From positions 68,572,001 to 68,636,000 of the forward strand of contig OX597818.1 in NCBI GenBank assembly GCA_951406725.2: 64,000 nucleotides of DNA, given 5' to 3'. Origin of the DNA: Octopus vulgaris. Taxonomy: Eukaryota. Below, one piece after another: positions 14,228-27,985 of the stretch. The position numbers and the translations under genes were made by a program. How positions within the stretch are numbered: position 1 is the first letter of the stretch; the number at the start of each line of letters is the position of its first letter. The notes under the pieces are model-generated. The model made no database searches, was not told where the DNA came from, and worked only from the letters and a program-made list of their open reading frames with translations.

Positions 14228-14880
14228 ATACATGCATATATGGGTACAGGACGTCCCCAATGGTGCAAATAACAAAATAACATGAAATATGTAAACAATG
14301 AGAAAAAAGGAAAACAGGAGAAGTAAACACAGAAAAATGATCCTTCATCAGTTGTCGGTTGTCTATTTACTCCTCATTTCGAACATTCAACTACAATATG
14401 AATCTTCAAAGAGAGCTGCACCCATAAATTCTAAAACAAAATTTGGGGTTTATGGACGATCAAAATTTGGAACAAAAAATGCGAGTGGAGAAGGAAACCG
14501 AACGATAACAAACATGGAGAATCGTCAGACCAGAACAACAGGAAAATAATGAACGCCGGGAGAAACATTTCTTTTTGAAAAGAGAAAAGATAGAAGAGAG
14601 AGAAAAACACCACTCGTTTAAAAGTCCAAACAGGAAAAAAAAGATGGTCATGTTAGGAAAAGAAAGATGGACGATGGTAATGTGTGAGCAACGAGAGAGA
14701 GTGGGGAGAGAGAGGGGGAGAAAGAGAGAAAGGCATAGAATCGGTGAAGGGGAGGGGAGAAAAGGGAATTAGAGAAGGATTGAGAAAGAAAACAGTATAA
14801 AGAACAGAGTGGCATCAAAAGGTGAAGATAAACTTACTTGGAAATGGATGTATCGCGTTCAATTAAATAATAAATAATAT
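14228..14880 (-). mobile_element. Non-coding interspersed element (probably PLE-derived)
   Basis: Its two halves recur in opposite orientation at 15225-15442 and 15476-15762. Flanked by microsatellites. Confidence 0.55.
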
Positions 14881-15051
14881 ATATATATATATATTGTACA
14901 AAAGATCGTGGGTAAGGGCAAAACAATGCGTAGTAAATGAAAGGTAAATCATAAGAAAACAAATATGTGACTTAATATAGATTTATCTTGCATTCAATAT
15001 TTCGGGGTCAAGAAATCGATGAATGTTGCCGCAACATAATTATATATTTAT

Positions 15052-15118
<67 letters not shown>

Positions 15119-15120
15119 TA

Positions 15121-15762
15121 TACATGCATATACGGGTACAAGACGTCAAGAGTACAAATAAAATAAAGTACGTTAACAAACGAAGGAAAAACGAGTGAAA
15201 TACGTCATTTTTTATTACTAACTTCCATAAATCCTGAATTTTATTTAAAAATTATTAGGAGCAACTGTCTTTGAAGACTCATATTGTCGTTGAATGTTTG
15301 AAATGAGGAGTAGATAGACAGCCGACAACTGATGAAGGGTCATTTCTCTCTGTTGACCTATCCTGTTTTAATTTTTTCTCGTTTTATACGTATTTCATGT
15401 TATTTGCACCGTTGGTGACATCTTGTACCTTTATATGCATGTGTGTGTGTGTGTGTGTGTGTAATGTATTATATATTATTTAATTGAACGCGATACATCC
15501 ATTTCCAAGTAAGTTTAACTTCGCCTTTTTGATGCCACTCTCTCTTCCGTACTATTTTCTTCCTCCATCCATTCTTGAATTCCTTTTTTTCCCTCTCCCT
15601 CCATCACCACTTTGGACCTGTCTCTGTCTCTCTCACTGTCTATCTCTCTCTCGGTGCTCACACGTGACCATCTTTCTTTTCCTGCACGAACATTTAAACG
15701 AACGGACGTATTCTTCTCTCTCTCTCTCTCTTCTATCTTTTTCTCTTTTAAAAAATGTTTCG
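15121..15762 (+). mobile_element. Second, rearranged copy of the 14228-14880 family, with terminal inverted repeat
   Basis: TACATGCATATACGGGTACAAGACGTCA (15121-15148) is inverted relative to 15416-15442. 15476-15762 is the reverse complement of about 14562-14878. Confidence 0.6.
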
Positions 15763-17019
15763 ACGACTACAGATCCAATCCATCACAGGAACCGTAAAAA
15801 TCTGTAAAACTTTCCTGAAGTTTAGCATTTAAATATATATGAACATGAAAAAATACACAACTATATGCATGAGAATACATACATAACGCAAAACATACAA
15901 ATCAGCACACATACATACATACATACACACATACATACATACATACAAACAAAAATACAAAAATACCCTGCTGTTAATGTTGAAATTCCAATGAAGGAGC
16001 CTTGAATCTAATTAGAAACCAGTTCTTTCTCTATTGGCAAGAAATCTTGAAATAAAACATACATACATATATTATATACATACAATTATACATAGAAATG
16101 GATTTTTTTTTTTTGCGTACAAGCATCTGGTATTGAACAGAAATCGTATAGAACGATAAAAACGTTTCACAGTTCATTTAATTCTCACGACCTGCTTAAC
16201 CTTACACGAAGTGGTTACAATGGCACGCTTATTGCTGTATATAGAGAGTTAACTGCAACACATCGTGGGAATGGTACTGTAACTAATAAAAAAATCGTAA
16301 CAAGTTGTTAAATCATTGATCACATATGTCCAGGTTACTGTCATACTATATTTCATACGGAACGCAATCTGTGGGGGATTGCCTTTTTGTAGTTCGATGT
16401 TAATTAAGCTATCAGAGTTAATTTTTAATTAATGTTTTCAGGACCACTACATGAGATAATAACATTCTATCTAGTTTGCTTTAAGTTCTAATTTACAACA
16501 TAACCGTTTTTTTTTTATTCTTTCTTTCCCAACTACTAATGTATTTACTTCTTATCTTTTAAAGTTTCCAATCCCATCTCTCTCCTTCTCTCTATTTTTC
16601 TTTCTCTATATATATGTATAGATATGCGTGTGTGTTTGTGCTTGCATTTATCTATATATATTTTAATTTGTATCTATGTCTATGTGTATATATATATGCA
16701 AGCGCACACACACACACACGCGCACTCATATACACATACGATGAAGGAGAGAGAAATAGTACGTGTTGCCTAACAACCGTTCTTAATGATGTTGATGCTC
16801 CTAAGTTACGTAGGTTTGTCTGAGTCATCAAAACCGTAGCGATCCCTGGTGAAACAGCTGATGATAGTTTAGTTTTCGCTTTTAATATTCGTCTTGTGTT
16901 TTTATCATGTGGGCCTGTTTCCATTCCTGTTATGTGTCTATGGATGCGTGAACGTGTGTATTTATATAGATATATATATATAAATATGAGACAGAACCAT
17001 TTCTATACATAGATCGATA

Positions 17020-17147
17020 TATACATACGTACATACATACATACATACATACATACATACATACATACATACATACATACATACATACATACATACATAC
17101 ATACATACATACATACATACATACATACATACATACATACATACATA
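17020..17147. repeat. (ACAT)n microsatellite
   Basis: Direct inspection. Confidence 0.95.
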
Positions 17148-17617
17148 CAGTAATTATCTTTCATCTTCCTTCTTGCTTTGTAATTCTTTTTTCCATGCCT
17201 AAGAACAAATTAATCCACCCATCAACACATCTTACATGCGCACTCACCCAACAGTAATTAACCCCCTGCCACCACCATGATGGACATACGCCTTCCAAGC
17301 CCCTCCACACACACACACTTACACCCCCACACTCAACACTGCCTACAGATATAAAACAAAATACTAAAGTTCACTTTGTGTTCTCTATTAAATATATACT
17401 AGTGTCGTAAAGACAGAAACTAGTGCTTTTGTAATATAATAATTAGCACAAAGCTACATAATTAGAAAGGTCTTAGAGGTTAATATCTTTCTTATCTATA
17501 ATAATAATAATAAAATATAACAGCTTTAAGCATTAAAGTTGCTCGAACTGCATAACAGAAAGTGGGAAAAAGAATCGTGTCATAACAAATTATATAAATA
17601 TTAGTTTATGTTAATAT

Positions 17618-17829
17618 TAGCTTTCAATTTTGGCACAAGGCCAGCAATTTCGTGGGAGGAATTATATTGATTTCATTAACCCCAATCTTCAACTGGTGCT
17701 TATTTTATCGACTGTAACAAGTTGAAAGACAGTCAATCTCGGTGGAATTTGAACTCAGAACGTAAAGACGGACAAAATGCCGTGGAGCATTTTGCCCATG
17801 CAGTACCGATTCTGCCTGCTCACCGCCTT
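17618..17829 (-). mobile_element. SINE family B (diverged)
   Basis: GGAATTTGAACTCAGAACGTAAAGACGGAC...GCTCACCGCC; homologous to 39846-40083. Confidence 0.75.
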
Positions 17830-17989
17830 AGTTTATATTAATATCACAATTTAATAAGATTGTGAAGTTCTGACTTCAAAAACTCAAGCAAGTGATGTAT
17901 TCATTAAGTCCTATTAAGCTATCTTAACGAAGACTCTATTAAATGCCTGTGTTCTGATTTTACTCTTTAATTTTTCAATATAACATGCA

Positions 17990-19600
17990 TCAACTTTCTA
18001 GAAAGTTCTCTATATAACGTGTGTCCATTTCCTACATTTTGTTGATCTGTAAATCCTACAATTTCAGTTACATGTTTTGACTACATACTTTTTAATCATT
18101 CCTACCTGTAATTTTATGGATTGCTTCTCTTTTCCCATTTGATTATCTCTGTTCCTTAATCTTTATATTTGGATAGTTAATCCATTCCTTTTTCAAGATA
18201 CACAATCATCTGTTGGGAACGACTCTCAGATTAGAAATCATCTGCAATTTCAGTGATATCCTCTTGCAACAATATCTGGTTCATTAGCCTTAATCTCCTT
18301 GTCTGTGTAGTTTAATGCATCTTAGACAATGGTTCTCTCATTATTCTTTGAGATACAGCAATTATATTTATAAGGGCTGGCATTTTACAATGTTTGCACA
18401 AAGTATGAAAACTTTGTTATGGTCCTAGGTGAATTCTCTCTTGCTTAAGACTGAGCAGACACGCAGATTGTTAATCATTATAATTAATGATATATTCTGC
18501 TTCATTACATTCTTTTACTGGTTTTATGTGGAGAAGGATTTGTTCCCAGCACTTCAGTCAAGTAATCACCAGCCTCGATTCTCTATTCTCTGCTGCCATT
18601 TTTCTGTTTTCCGTCATCTGATTTAGTTTTGCCAAGCGTTCGAGATTTTCGTGATGTTGCTTCACTATGCTACATCGTAACCCCGTTTATGGTTTAAATT
18701 TTAACCTTTTCACACTTACTCTTGTTGTTTCTTCTTCATCCACACAACTGTCTCTTCTTTCAGTTCGTCTCTTGTATTTGATGTTTTCATTGTAGCAGAA
18801 AATATTTTTGTCTTGTTTTCTTCATATTTCTGGCTATTTGTATTAGTTTTCAGCTGCTTTATTCTAAATATTTTGTAATAATTTTTTAGTTGTATATGGT
18901 ACCCTCTACCATCGTGTAACTTTTGTAAATACAATCTTTTTATAACAGATTTTGGATGGTGTACTCTACCTGCAGTCATTATTTTTTAGTTTATCTCTCC
19001 AAACTTCAAATCAATTTATTAATAGATTCCATTTCATAAAATTAAAACAGATAAACTATTTATCAACTTACCTCCTTTTTTTGCATTTGAATCTGTACTA
19101 AGTATTAATTTTTATTCCTTGATACTCTCCTACATATTTTTAAAATCCTGAATAATTTGATGATTTCTAAATACTAATAAGTTGGTATTGAGACTCATTT
19201 CCTTGAAAAGGTTTCTTTTCTTAAGCATGGCATTTGTGGTCGAAATTGTCCTTCTTTCATTTTTGCTCGTTGCCTTTTATTGATCTGAGTCGCTCATCAG
19301 CTCTTTTAGTAAATCTATGAACTGACTGGGGTAGTGTTTCTAGTTGTTTGGTATCTGCCGTATACAAGTCGTCTTCATACAAAACATTATTGATTAACTT
19401 CTCATGGCATTTGTATACGAGATCAGACAGGTTTACCAAGTTGGTTATAGGTTAACGCCTACAAGAAATGAGTGAAGAGAGGCACTCTGAAAGATTCTTC
19501 TTCTAATAGAGATGGTCCCTTTTTTATTGTAATTCCCCTAATTTGTCTATAACTACAGTGTTAATAGCTATTCACTTGTAATAGGTTTTACATACCTTCT
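17990..19600 (-). mobile_element. R4/Dong-clade LINE remnant (RT through C-terminus), highly decayed
   Basis: RIFQSASL (cf. RGIFQGDSL), INNVLYEDDL (cf. HLLYMDDL), HHPKSVIKRLYL...GRG (cf. HHPKADVDRLY..GGRG). Confidence 0.7.
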
Positions 19601-19714
19601 TTTATTGCTGTTGCTGACAGAATTGTTATCGCACCGGAAAATGCTTCACGGAATTTCGTCCGTCTTTATGTTCTGAGTTCAAATGTTGTTATTATTGTTG
19701 TTGTTGTTGTTATT

Positions 19715-20348
19715 ATGCCTTTTGTTGGAACTCCTAGCGTTTGCATGTTTAGTGGGCTTGCTACCTGCTACCTATGGTAGCATTTTATCTGTGTTCTTCT
19801 GAACGATTAAATGCTTTTATTATTCTGGCCGTGTCAAGGAGGTAAAACTTTTGTACATCTCTACTGGACACTCTATTCCATTTGATACCTTCTGATACCA
19901 CTCCCAACGACTCTACAGTGGATTATCATCACAGTTAGCTCCTGGGTTCGATATGTACACAGTCTTCCATATTTATCTGTCCCCTTCCTCCAGTTGCTCT
20001 CTTCGTGTATAGGCAATCAGTGTTTGCACGTAGATGATGGGCTCCATGCATCATTAAGGACTTTCCTGAATCCCTGTTCAACTCCTCTAGCTCATCCTCT
20101 GTCCATTTCAGAATCTCAGTGCCATACCGAACTACTGTGACTGCACGTGAGTTTATTGCTAAAATTATGTTTCTGGCAGTCAGTTTTGTATCCAATATTT
20201 TTTCTCACTCACCGCAGGGGCTCTCTCTCTCTCTCTCTCTTTGTCTTTTCTTTCATATCATTGTGTTTAATTCCATCTGCCTCAAGTATTCCCAGGTATT
20301 TATATCCACATACACATTCAATCGACTTCATCATTTTACCACTTGGCA
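19715..20348 (-). mobile_element. R4/Dong-clade LINE fragment, internally deleted, between (TTA)n tracts
   Basis: GYKYLGILEADGIKH, KLTARNIILAINSRAVTVVRY...HHLRANTDCLY..GGRGQINMEDCV, then C-terminal LLDTARII. Confidence 0.8.
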
Positions 20349-20394
<46 letters not shown>

Positions 20395-20744
20395 TCATCA
20401 TCATTTTCATTATCATCATCGCCATCATCATCTTCGTCAGCATCCTCATCATCATTATTAATGATGGTATAGTTATATTTTAAGCTAACGAACGTCATTG
20501 TTATAGATTCTGTCTAAAAATATATATTTCAGGCAATTATCTGTTTCCAAAAGTTAGTTTTATAAAATATTTACTTCTGTGCTAGTGATAGGATACATTC
20601 ACTGCAGCTGATGGGGTGTATCACTCCTAAAATGGAATTCACCCGACAAATTGTTGCAACCCAGAAAACATAGCAACTTAACAGCCACAGTTTGAAACTT
20701 TACAGTAACAATTTCAAAGCATGAAAATGTAGAAGTTATGCAAA

Positions 20745-20746
<2 letters not shown>

Positions 20747-20808
<62 letters not shown>

Positions 20809-20947
20809 GTTTAATGTCCGTTTTCCATGCTGGCATAGGTTGGACGGTTCGACTGGGGTCTGGGAAGCCAGGAAGCTGCACCAGGCCCCAATCTGATCTG
20901 GCAGTGTTTCTACAGCTGGATGCTCTTCCTAACGCCAACCACTCCGA
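20747..20947 (-). mobile_element. RTE-type 3' tail with long (GAT)n
   Basis: Near-identical to 23810-23970 and 5885-6050. Confidence 0.85.
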
Positions 20948-21202
20948 ATTACAGAAGCAATGTAAATACCAATGGGAAGCCCGAGAACAGCAACGACAAT
21001 AACAACAACGATGGTAATTTCTTTTCCTTTCGGTTTTTGCTTTGAAGCTTGAATGAAGGTGTTGGATGTGAACCAAACGAGGCAAAACAAAACACTGGCG
21101 ACTTACAGTAAGTGCCTTTCTGCAATTACAGCTAGTAAGTGGAATGCAAGGTTTTATGTTTTGTATGTAACAAAATTGAGAAAGCTTTCATATATGTGAA
21201 AA

Positions 21203-21373
21203 GGCGTGGGAGTGGCTGTGTGGTAAGTAGCTTGCTTATGAACCACATGGTTCCGGGTTCGGTTCCACTGCGTGGCACCTTGGGTAAGTGTCTTCTACTA
21301 TAGCCTCGGACCCACCAAATCCTTGTGAGTGGATTTGGTAGACGGAAACTGAAAGAAGCCCGTTGTATATATG

Positions 21374-21410
<37 letters not shown>

Positions 21411-21628
21411 GGTTGTGTGCCTGTGTTTCCCCCCCCCAACATCACTTGACAACCGATGCTGGTGTGTTTACATCCCCGTAACTTAGTAGTTCGGCAAAAA
21501 GAAACCGATAGAATAAGTACTAGGCTTACAAAGAATAAGTCCTGGGGTCGATTTGCTCAATTAAAAAGGCGGTACTCCAGCATGGCGACAGTCAAATGAC
21601 TAAAAAAGAGTAAAAGAGTAAAAGAGTA
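21203..21628 (+). mobile_element. SINE family A, full length
   Basis: A box TGGCTGTGTGG, B box GGTTCGGTTCC, CACCTTGGGTAAGT, GTAAAAGA tail. Confidence 0.9.
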
Positions 21629-21699
21629 TATATATCTTTGAAAGCCAAAGACAAACCAACGGAGGATTTAACCTGTGGGGATAAGAATTATGCTGTTTT

Positions 21700-22095
21700 A
21701 ACCAGAGCAAAGGATGTGAAAATGGAGGTTATTTAAGACGAAGGGCTCATGTGCAATTTGGTTGCACTCGGGGTGGTACTGCATTAAATGGACAAGAGAA
21801 ATTCCAGTATCATTGCAGAGGCATTGGTGCTGATAGGGATCTTTGGGTTTATTTCTTCGCCTTCTTCTGTGATGCCAATGATTAGAACCAGACCGTTGTC
21901 ATGCATTTCCTTTCATACATTTTTATACCACTTCTTCCTTGTTAACTTATGGAAAACTGCCCAGTGGATTTAGCCAGCGATATCATCATGCGTGTGAATA
22001 TATTCAGACTTGGCAAGAACTGGACTCTCATAGACATTGGGATCAACTGTCAGATAATACAATGCAAAGACGGTAATTGTTGTTAGTATCTCGTT
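21700..22095 (-). mobile_element. Probable ancient RTE (BovB-like) ORF 3' remnant
   Basis: Weak frameshifted similarity to the RTE post-RT region and basic C-terminus; recognised by eye only. Confidence 0.3.
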
Positions 22096-22099
22096 TCAC

Positions 22100-23300
22100 T
22101 ATTTTAGTCTTGAAGTTATTTATATCTGGTTGCTGGTTTTTGTTTTCTTTTCAAATCCGTTTCTACTTTTAGCCCAGAATTTTTGGTCCACCATTTCCTT
22201 TCTCTTTGGCTGACATATTCTCTGTCATGTTTTACAAAATCATTGGTCATAGAGTAAATTTTCTCCAATATTTTCAATGTGCTCCAGTATGGCCGCAGTC
22301 AAATGACTGAAAGAAGTAAAAATAAAAGAATGTTTTGAATCCTCTTTCAATTTTTCCATTCAACTCTTATTCGTTCTTTATCTAAATATTCAGTTTAATT
22401 CCTTTCATATTTGTATTTTATTGCTTCCTGTATCTAGAATGGAAAGTGTTTTCTTTAAGTCATGGCATCTTGTAATAATTATCTTCTGTTGTTGGCATTT
22501 TGTAATAATTTTCATATTTCTTTATTACCCACAAGGGGCTAAACACAGAAGGGACAAACAAGGACAGACAAACGGATTAAGTCGATTATATCGACCCCAG
22601 AGTGTAACTGGTACATTTTTAATCGACGCCGAAAGGGTGAAAGGCAAAGTCGACCCTCGCGGAATTTGAACTCAGAATGTAGCGGCAGACGAAATATCGC
22701 TAAACACTTCGTCCAGCGTGCTAACGTTTCTGCCAGCTCGCCGCTTTTGTAATAATTTTCTATTTGTGTCAACCACCCTTTTTTTATTTTTGTGAGTGGA
22801 ATAAACCTATTTCGTTAGTATTGATTTGAGGATCACAACTTTGGAAGGTTTTTATCTTAGCCTTTTAATTCACTCACCTTCCAGTTTGTCCAGCTTTAGA
22901 GTATAAACTGTATAGCTTAATACTCATAAAGCGAGACATATCTTTATACATGAAGATATGTCTAGCTTTAGAGTATAAGCTGGATGCTTAGTATATCTGT
23001 ACTTACTCTATTATTTCGTGCATTGTGTTCGGTCTGTAATATTAGTTTGGCTCTTCTACCGTACACTTTTCTTCATTTATCCTTGACTCCCACGTATTTG
23101 TATCGTTATTTATGGTTTAATTTTCTGATTAATGTGTCTAAGTTTAATTTAATGTTCCCAGTTTTAGATAATTTTCCTCTCTTTATAACATCTATGCAAC
23201 ATTTGTTTAATTCTATGTACATTTTTATGTCTTGGACAATATTATATCATATTTTTCAGCTGGATAAATTACAAGCATTCAAAAGTCATCATTAATGAGG
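22100..23300 (-). mobile_element. R4/Dong-clade LINE remnant interrupted by SINEs
   Basis: DIKMYIELNKCC..IKRGKLSKTGNIKL...YKYVGV...RRAKLILQTEHNARN and WTKNSGLKVET (cf. WLxxxGLKAETEG). Confidence 0.65.
22516..22745 (-). mobile_element. SINE family B, full length
   Basis: Homologous end to end with 39846-40083. Confidence 0.9.
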
Positions 23301-23448
23301 AGAGAGTTAACGATAGCTTTTATCATTGTTACAAAGTTGACAATCCTGAGGGGAATTGAGTTAGCATATTTAATCGCCCTCAGTGCTAGATCACTACTTT
23401 ATACTGTTGACCCTGGTAGGGTGAAATACAAAGTTTAGTTAGTGAGAT

Positions 23449-23970
23449 GCCGCCTTAACTGGCTTCCGTGCCGATGGCACGTAAAAAGCACCAACCGATC
23501 GTGGCCGTTGCCAGCCTCCCCTGGCACGTAAAAAGCACCATCTGTACGTGGCCGAATCCAGCGCCGCCTTGACTGGCTTCTGTGCCGGTGGCACATAAAA
23601 AGCACCAACCGATCGTGGCCGTTGCTAGCCTCCCCTGGTACCTGTGCCGGCGGCACGTAAAAAGTACTATCTGTACGTGGCCGATGCCAGCGTCGCCTTG
23701 ACTGGCTTCTGTGCCGGTGGCACGTAAAACGCACCAACTGATTGTGGCCGTTGCCAGCCTCGCCTGGCACCTGTGCCGGTGGCACGTAAAAAGCACCCAC
23801 TACACTCACGGAGTGGTTGGCGTTAGGAAGGGTATCCAGCTGTAGAAACACTGCCAGATCGAGACTGGAGCCTGGTGCAGCCTCCTGGCTTCCCAGATCC
23901 CCAGTCGAACTGTCCAACCCATGCTAGCATGGTAAACGGACGTTAAACGATGATAATGGTGATGATGATC
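23449..23970 (+). mobile_element. RTE-type 3' tail preceded by a tandem array of alternating ~50-70-bp subunits
   Basis: Six subunits ending in GGCACGTAAAAAGCACC-like motifs (23449-23797), then the standard tail and GATGAT end. Confidence 0.85.
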
Positions 23971-26510
23971 TATAACTGGTATTTCTAAAGTTTTTTGTTT
24001 ATTTTCTCTAGAAAATAGGACTATTTGAGAGCTGTGACCACTACTTCTTGCAGGAAAAATGACCATGTTAAATATTCATTGTCAAATGGCCTGATTTGCT
24101 ATTATAATTATTGTCGTTGTCTTTTTCAATCCTGATTCCTGAATCCTTCAGCAAGTCAGGATTGCTCCATTTTTATCATCTGTTGCATTTCCTTATTCCT
24201 CTCAAATTACAATGTCCAATATATCCATCCATCTTTTAAAACAACTACTGGGATGGCTAGTGGCATAACACAGATTTTCAATACCTGGGGCAAAGACAAT
24301 TTTAGTGCCCCATATCAATTAACAGGAAGGCTAAGCAAAATTAAGTGTTGTGGTTGTGCCTCGGGATGGCAGCCTTCTTCGTACCATTACCTTAGAATTT
24401 GATCTGGGAATATTTAGGATAGTGTTTCAAATAGGTCAAGCAACCAGGCAGAGCAAGAATTGGCTACAGTTTTCAAGAATTAGGCAGAATAAGAGATAGA
24501 TCATCACCAGGAAGTCTCTTGCACAAGTAAAATGGTGAAGGTAATTTTTCAATAAGAATGCCATTCAAAAATTTCCACAGGCCGCATGATTGAGAAAGAG
24601 GTTCCCATATTAACAAAATCTGGTATGAAAACCAAAACTAGAAAACACAGCAATTGTCTGTGAGTACGACCTGATAAAATATACTGTGCTTTCATGAACC
24701 GGTTTAAGTGCATTCGTAGTCACAAGAAGACATGGAGCCCCCTTCAGTTCTCCTACTCTTGTCCTGGTGGAAGAATAAGGATGTGGGAGCTGGAGACAGA
24801 GAGGAGATGAGCAGAAAGCTGACACTCATTTTTGGCTGAGTATTCCGTAGCAATGTAAAATCAGGGACTGAGCTGAAAGACAATATGTAACACCTTGTCC
24901 AGATATTGGACTCATAAACTTACAGTTATGATCCCAATATCTTAACCACATGGCCACATACCTTCAGGCATGTGTATGTACATGTGTATGTGCGTATGTA
25001 TCTGTGTATGTAATTGTACATACACACACAAATATATATATATATATATACACACACACAACTATGTCTATACAACTATAGGAAAAAATGCGAAATGTTT
25101 TTGGCTTTAGGAAGAGTTTAGTTAAATGTGAGCTGTATGAAGTGGATATGAGATAATTGAGATGATTTCTCTAATACGTAGCTTTGTATGTTGTTCTGCA
25201 GTATTAGAGTAGAGTCTACTGTGAATTTAACTGCTTGAAACTTTCAGAAACATTTTCGTCAACGAAGGAATTTAGTCAAGTATGCGAAGTAGGTGTATTT
25301 CAGAATATCAAAAGATTTTTATAAAATTTCCTAACATCAGGAATTTCACCAGTTGTAAATTGATACTGGCAATATTTAAGTGAAGACCAATCGAGATGCT
25401 ACATGCTACATCCTTCATTGTGGGATATTTTGACAGAAGATGTTGTTTGCGATTGCTGGTGCAAATAATAACCATATTTGCTCTCCAGTTAGAATTCTGT
25501 ATTTTTACCATTCTTTGTTCTCTCTCTTTCTTTTTCTCCTCCCTCTCTCTTAATTTTTTTGAGTCTCTTAGTAATTGTATTTGTGTATCTAGTTGTGTGT
25601 GTATATATATATATATATATGCCCGTATATATATATATATATGCCCGTATGTACATGTTTAAATGAGCAAAAGTATGTGCATACCCAAGATTACATCAAA
25701 ATCTATATGTGTGTGTGTGTGTGTGTGTCTGTGTTTACACATATACATACATATATACATATATACATATTTGTACACACACGCATACGTCTTTTAAATT
25801 TGTCTACAGGAAACATTTTGAATATATACATACATATACGCATACACATTACGAATATATACACACACATATACAAATATATCCTCTCATTATATACATA
25901 TATATATATATACATGTCCAAATATATATATATATGTGTATATATATATTTATGATGTATGCAAACATGTATACGTGTGTTGTTGAGGCAGGGGATGCAC
26001 TCCATGTACATAAAATATTACTGGCAGTGAAATATAGTCGTTAGAGAGCTCCAGTAGGGGAAATAAATCACAAGTTGTGGCTATAAGTATATGTCTTCCT
26101 CCAAGATTCCTAAAATGCAATTTTTCACAAGAACACTCGCCGTTTCTCTTTCCTCCCTCTTCCTTACAAAGTTTTATCTCTTTTTTCCCCCACTTCATCT
26201 TGTTATTGACGTTGTAGTCGTCATAGTAATGAATTCTATGGTGAAATTATTGAGTATGACAAACTATTTAGCTGCTATTGAAATCATGAATAAAAGATTT
26301 AAGTTAACTTTATTATAAGGAAATGCATGTTTGTCTAAATATATGCACGTATATACATGTATATATAAATATATGCAAGTACAAGCAATCACACATATAT
26401 ACATATATATATATGTGTGTGTGTATGCATGTGTATGTATGTGTGCATACATATATGTATGTAACTGTCTGTGTATATATATATATACATATATATATAC
26501 ACACACACAC

Positions 26511-26545
<35 letters not shown>

Positions 26546-26551
26546 CACATA

Positions 26552-26601
<50 letters not shown>

Positions 26602-26816
26602 GCTACGGATATATATACAACACAGGTATATGTATCTATACATGCACACACAGAAAACACACACACACATACATATGTATAATGACATGCATTGCCCAGC
26701 AAGTCAGCATTCATAAGACTGAAGCATGAAAAATGGTAGAAGCCTCTTTTTATTTATCTATCTATTTATCCATATAGTGCTCGGCTTTACAGCCTATCAA
26801 CAGACATCATTTAACC

Positions 26817-26908
<92 letters not shown>

Positions 26909-26925
26909 ATATATATATATACATA

Positions 26926-26958
<33 letters not shown>

Positions 26959-26965
26959 TTCATAC

Positions 26966-27027
<62 letters not shown>

Positions 27028-27030
<3 letters not shown>

Positions 27031-27172
27031 ATCTTTCTGTATTTGTTTCTGTGGAAGGAGCATAGGCTCGAAACGTAAAGACTTTCTCACATCCTGAGCG
27101 TTACATAAATACGTCTGTTTGTTGTCTACACCACCTGCCTTCATCTTTTGTTGTTTTTTTGTGAATTCTCCC
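27028..27172 (+). mobile_element. Retrozyme-like family fragment with degenerate hammerhead
   Basis: GUUU-CUGUGGA-AG-GAGC-AUAG-GCUC-GAAACGUA-AAGAC (27045-27082), between (TA)n and (CA)n. Confidence 0.55.
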
Positions 27173-27179
27173 TATACAT

Positions 27180-27226
<47 letters not shown>

Positions 27227-27339
27227 TGAGATAAGAGAAAGCCACTAAGTGGTTTCCTCGTGTACTGAGAGTAGATGCCAAATAGTCTATGACTGCTTAT
27301 GATTACATTAGGTAACTGGAACGCTTAATAATAATATGT

Positions 27340-27985
27340 ATTTCTTTACTACCCACAAGGGGCTAAACACAGAGGGGACAAACAACGACAGACAAACGGA
27401 TTAAGTCGATTACATCGACCCCAGTGCGTAACTGGTACTTAATTTATCGACCCCGAAAGGATGAAAGGCAAAGTCGACCTCGGCGGAATTTGAACTCAGA
27501 ACGTAACGACAGACGAAATACGGCTACGCATTTCGCCCAGCGTGCTAACGTTTCTGCCAGCTCGCCTCCTGTTTCTGCCAGCTTAATAATAATATGGTAC
27601 CTGCTGTCTAATCATACTCGCTTTTGATTAACACCTATGTGTTATGCGTCTTCGTTTCCAATCATTAAAGTTTCGATCATGTTATGACATTGCAGGGATT
27701 TAAGAAATAATCCTTTCTACTGTAGGCACAAGGCCTGAAATTTTGGGGAAAGGGGCTCATTGATTACATCCCTCTTGGTACTTTTGTTTCGACCCCGAAA
27801 GGATAAACGGCTAAGTCAACCCCAACGGCATTTGAATGTAAAGTCAGAAGCAATGCCACTAAGCATTTGTCCGCGTACAGTAATGATTCTGCCAGCTCGC
27901 TCCCTTTGGTTTCAAATTTTGGCACAAAGCCAGCAATTTTAGTGAAGATGTGTAAATTGATTACATTAACCCCAATACTCAACAG
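27340..27985 (-). mobile_element. Cluster of SINE family B copies
   Basis: Young copy at 27340-27566; older copy at 27710-27900; tail fragment to about 27985. Confidence 0.85.

Noticed and set aside
15975-16030. Hammerhead-like CCAAUGAAGG...GAAACCAGUU
   Set aside because: Core and stem II are too degenerate to count.
16765-16868. Hairpin TTGATG/CATCAA followed by GAAACAGCTG
   Set aside because: No CUGANGA and no valid cleavage triplet; at most a dead PLE remnant.
23449-23800. CRISPR-like repeat/spacer look
   Set aside because: Intervening segments alternate between two sequences rather than being unique, there are no cas genes, and the array is continuous with an RTE tail in eukaryotic DNA.
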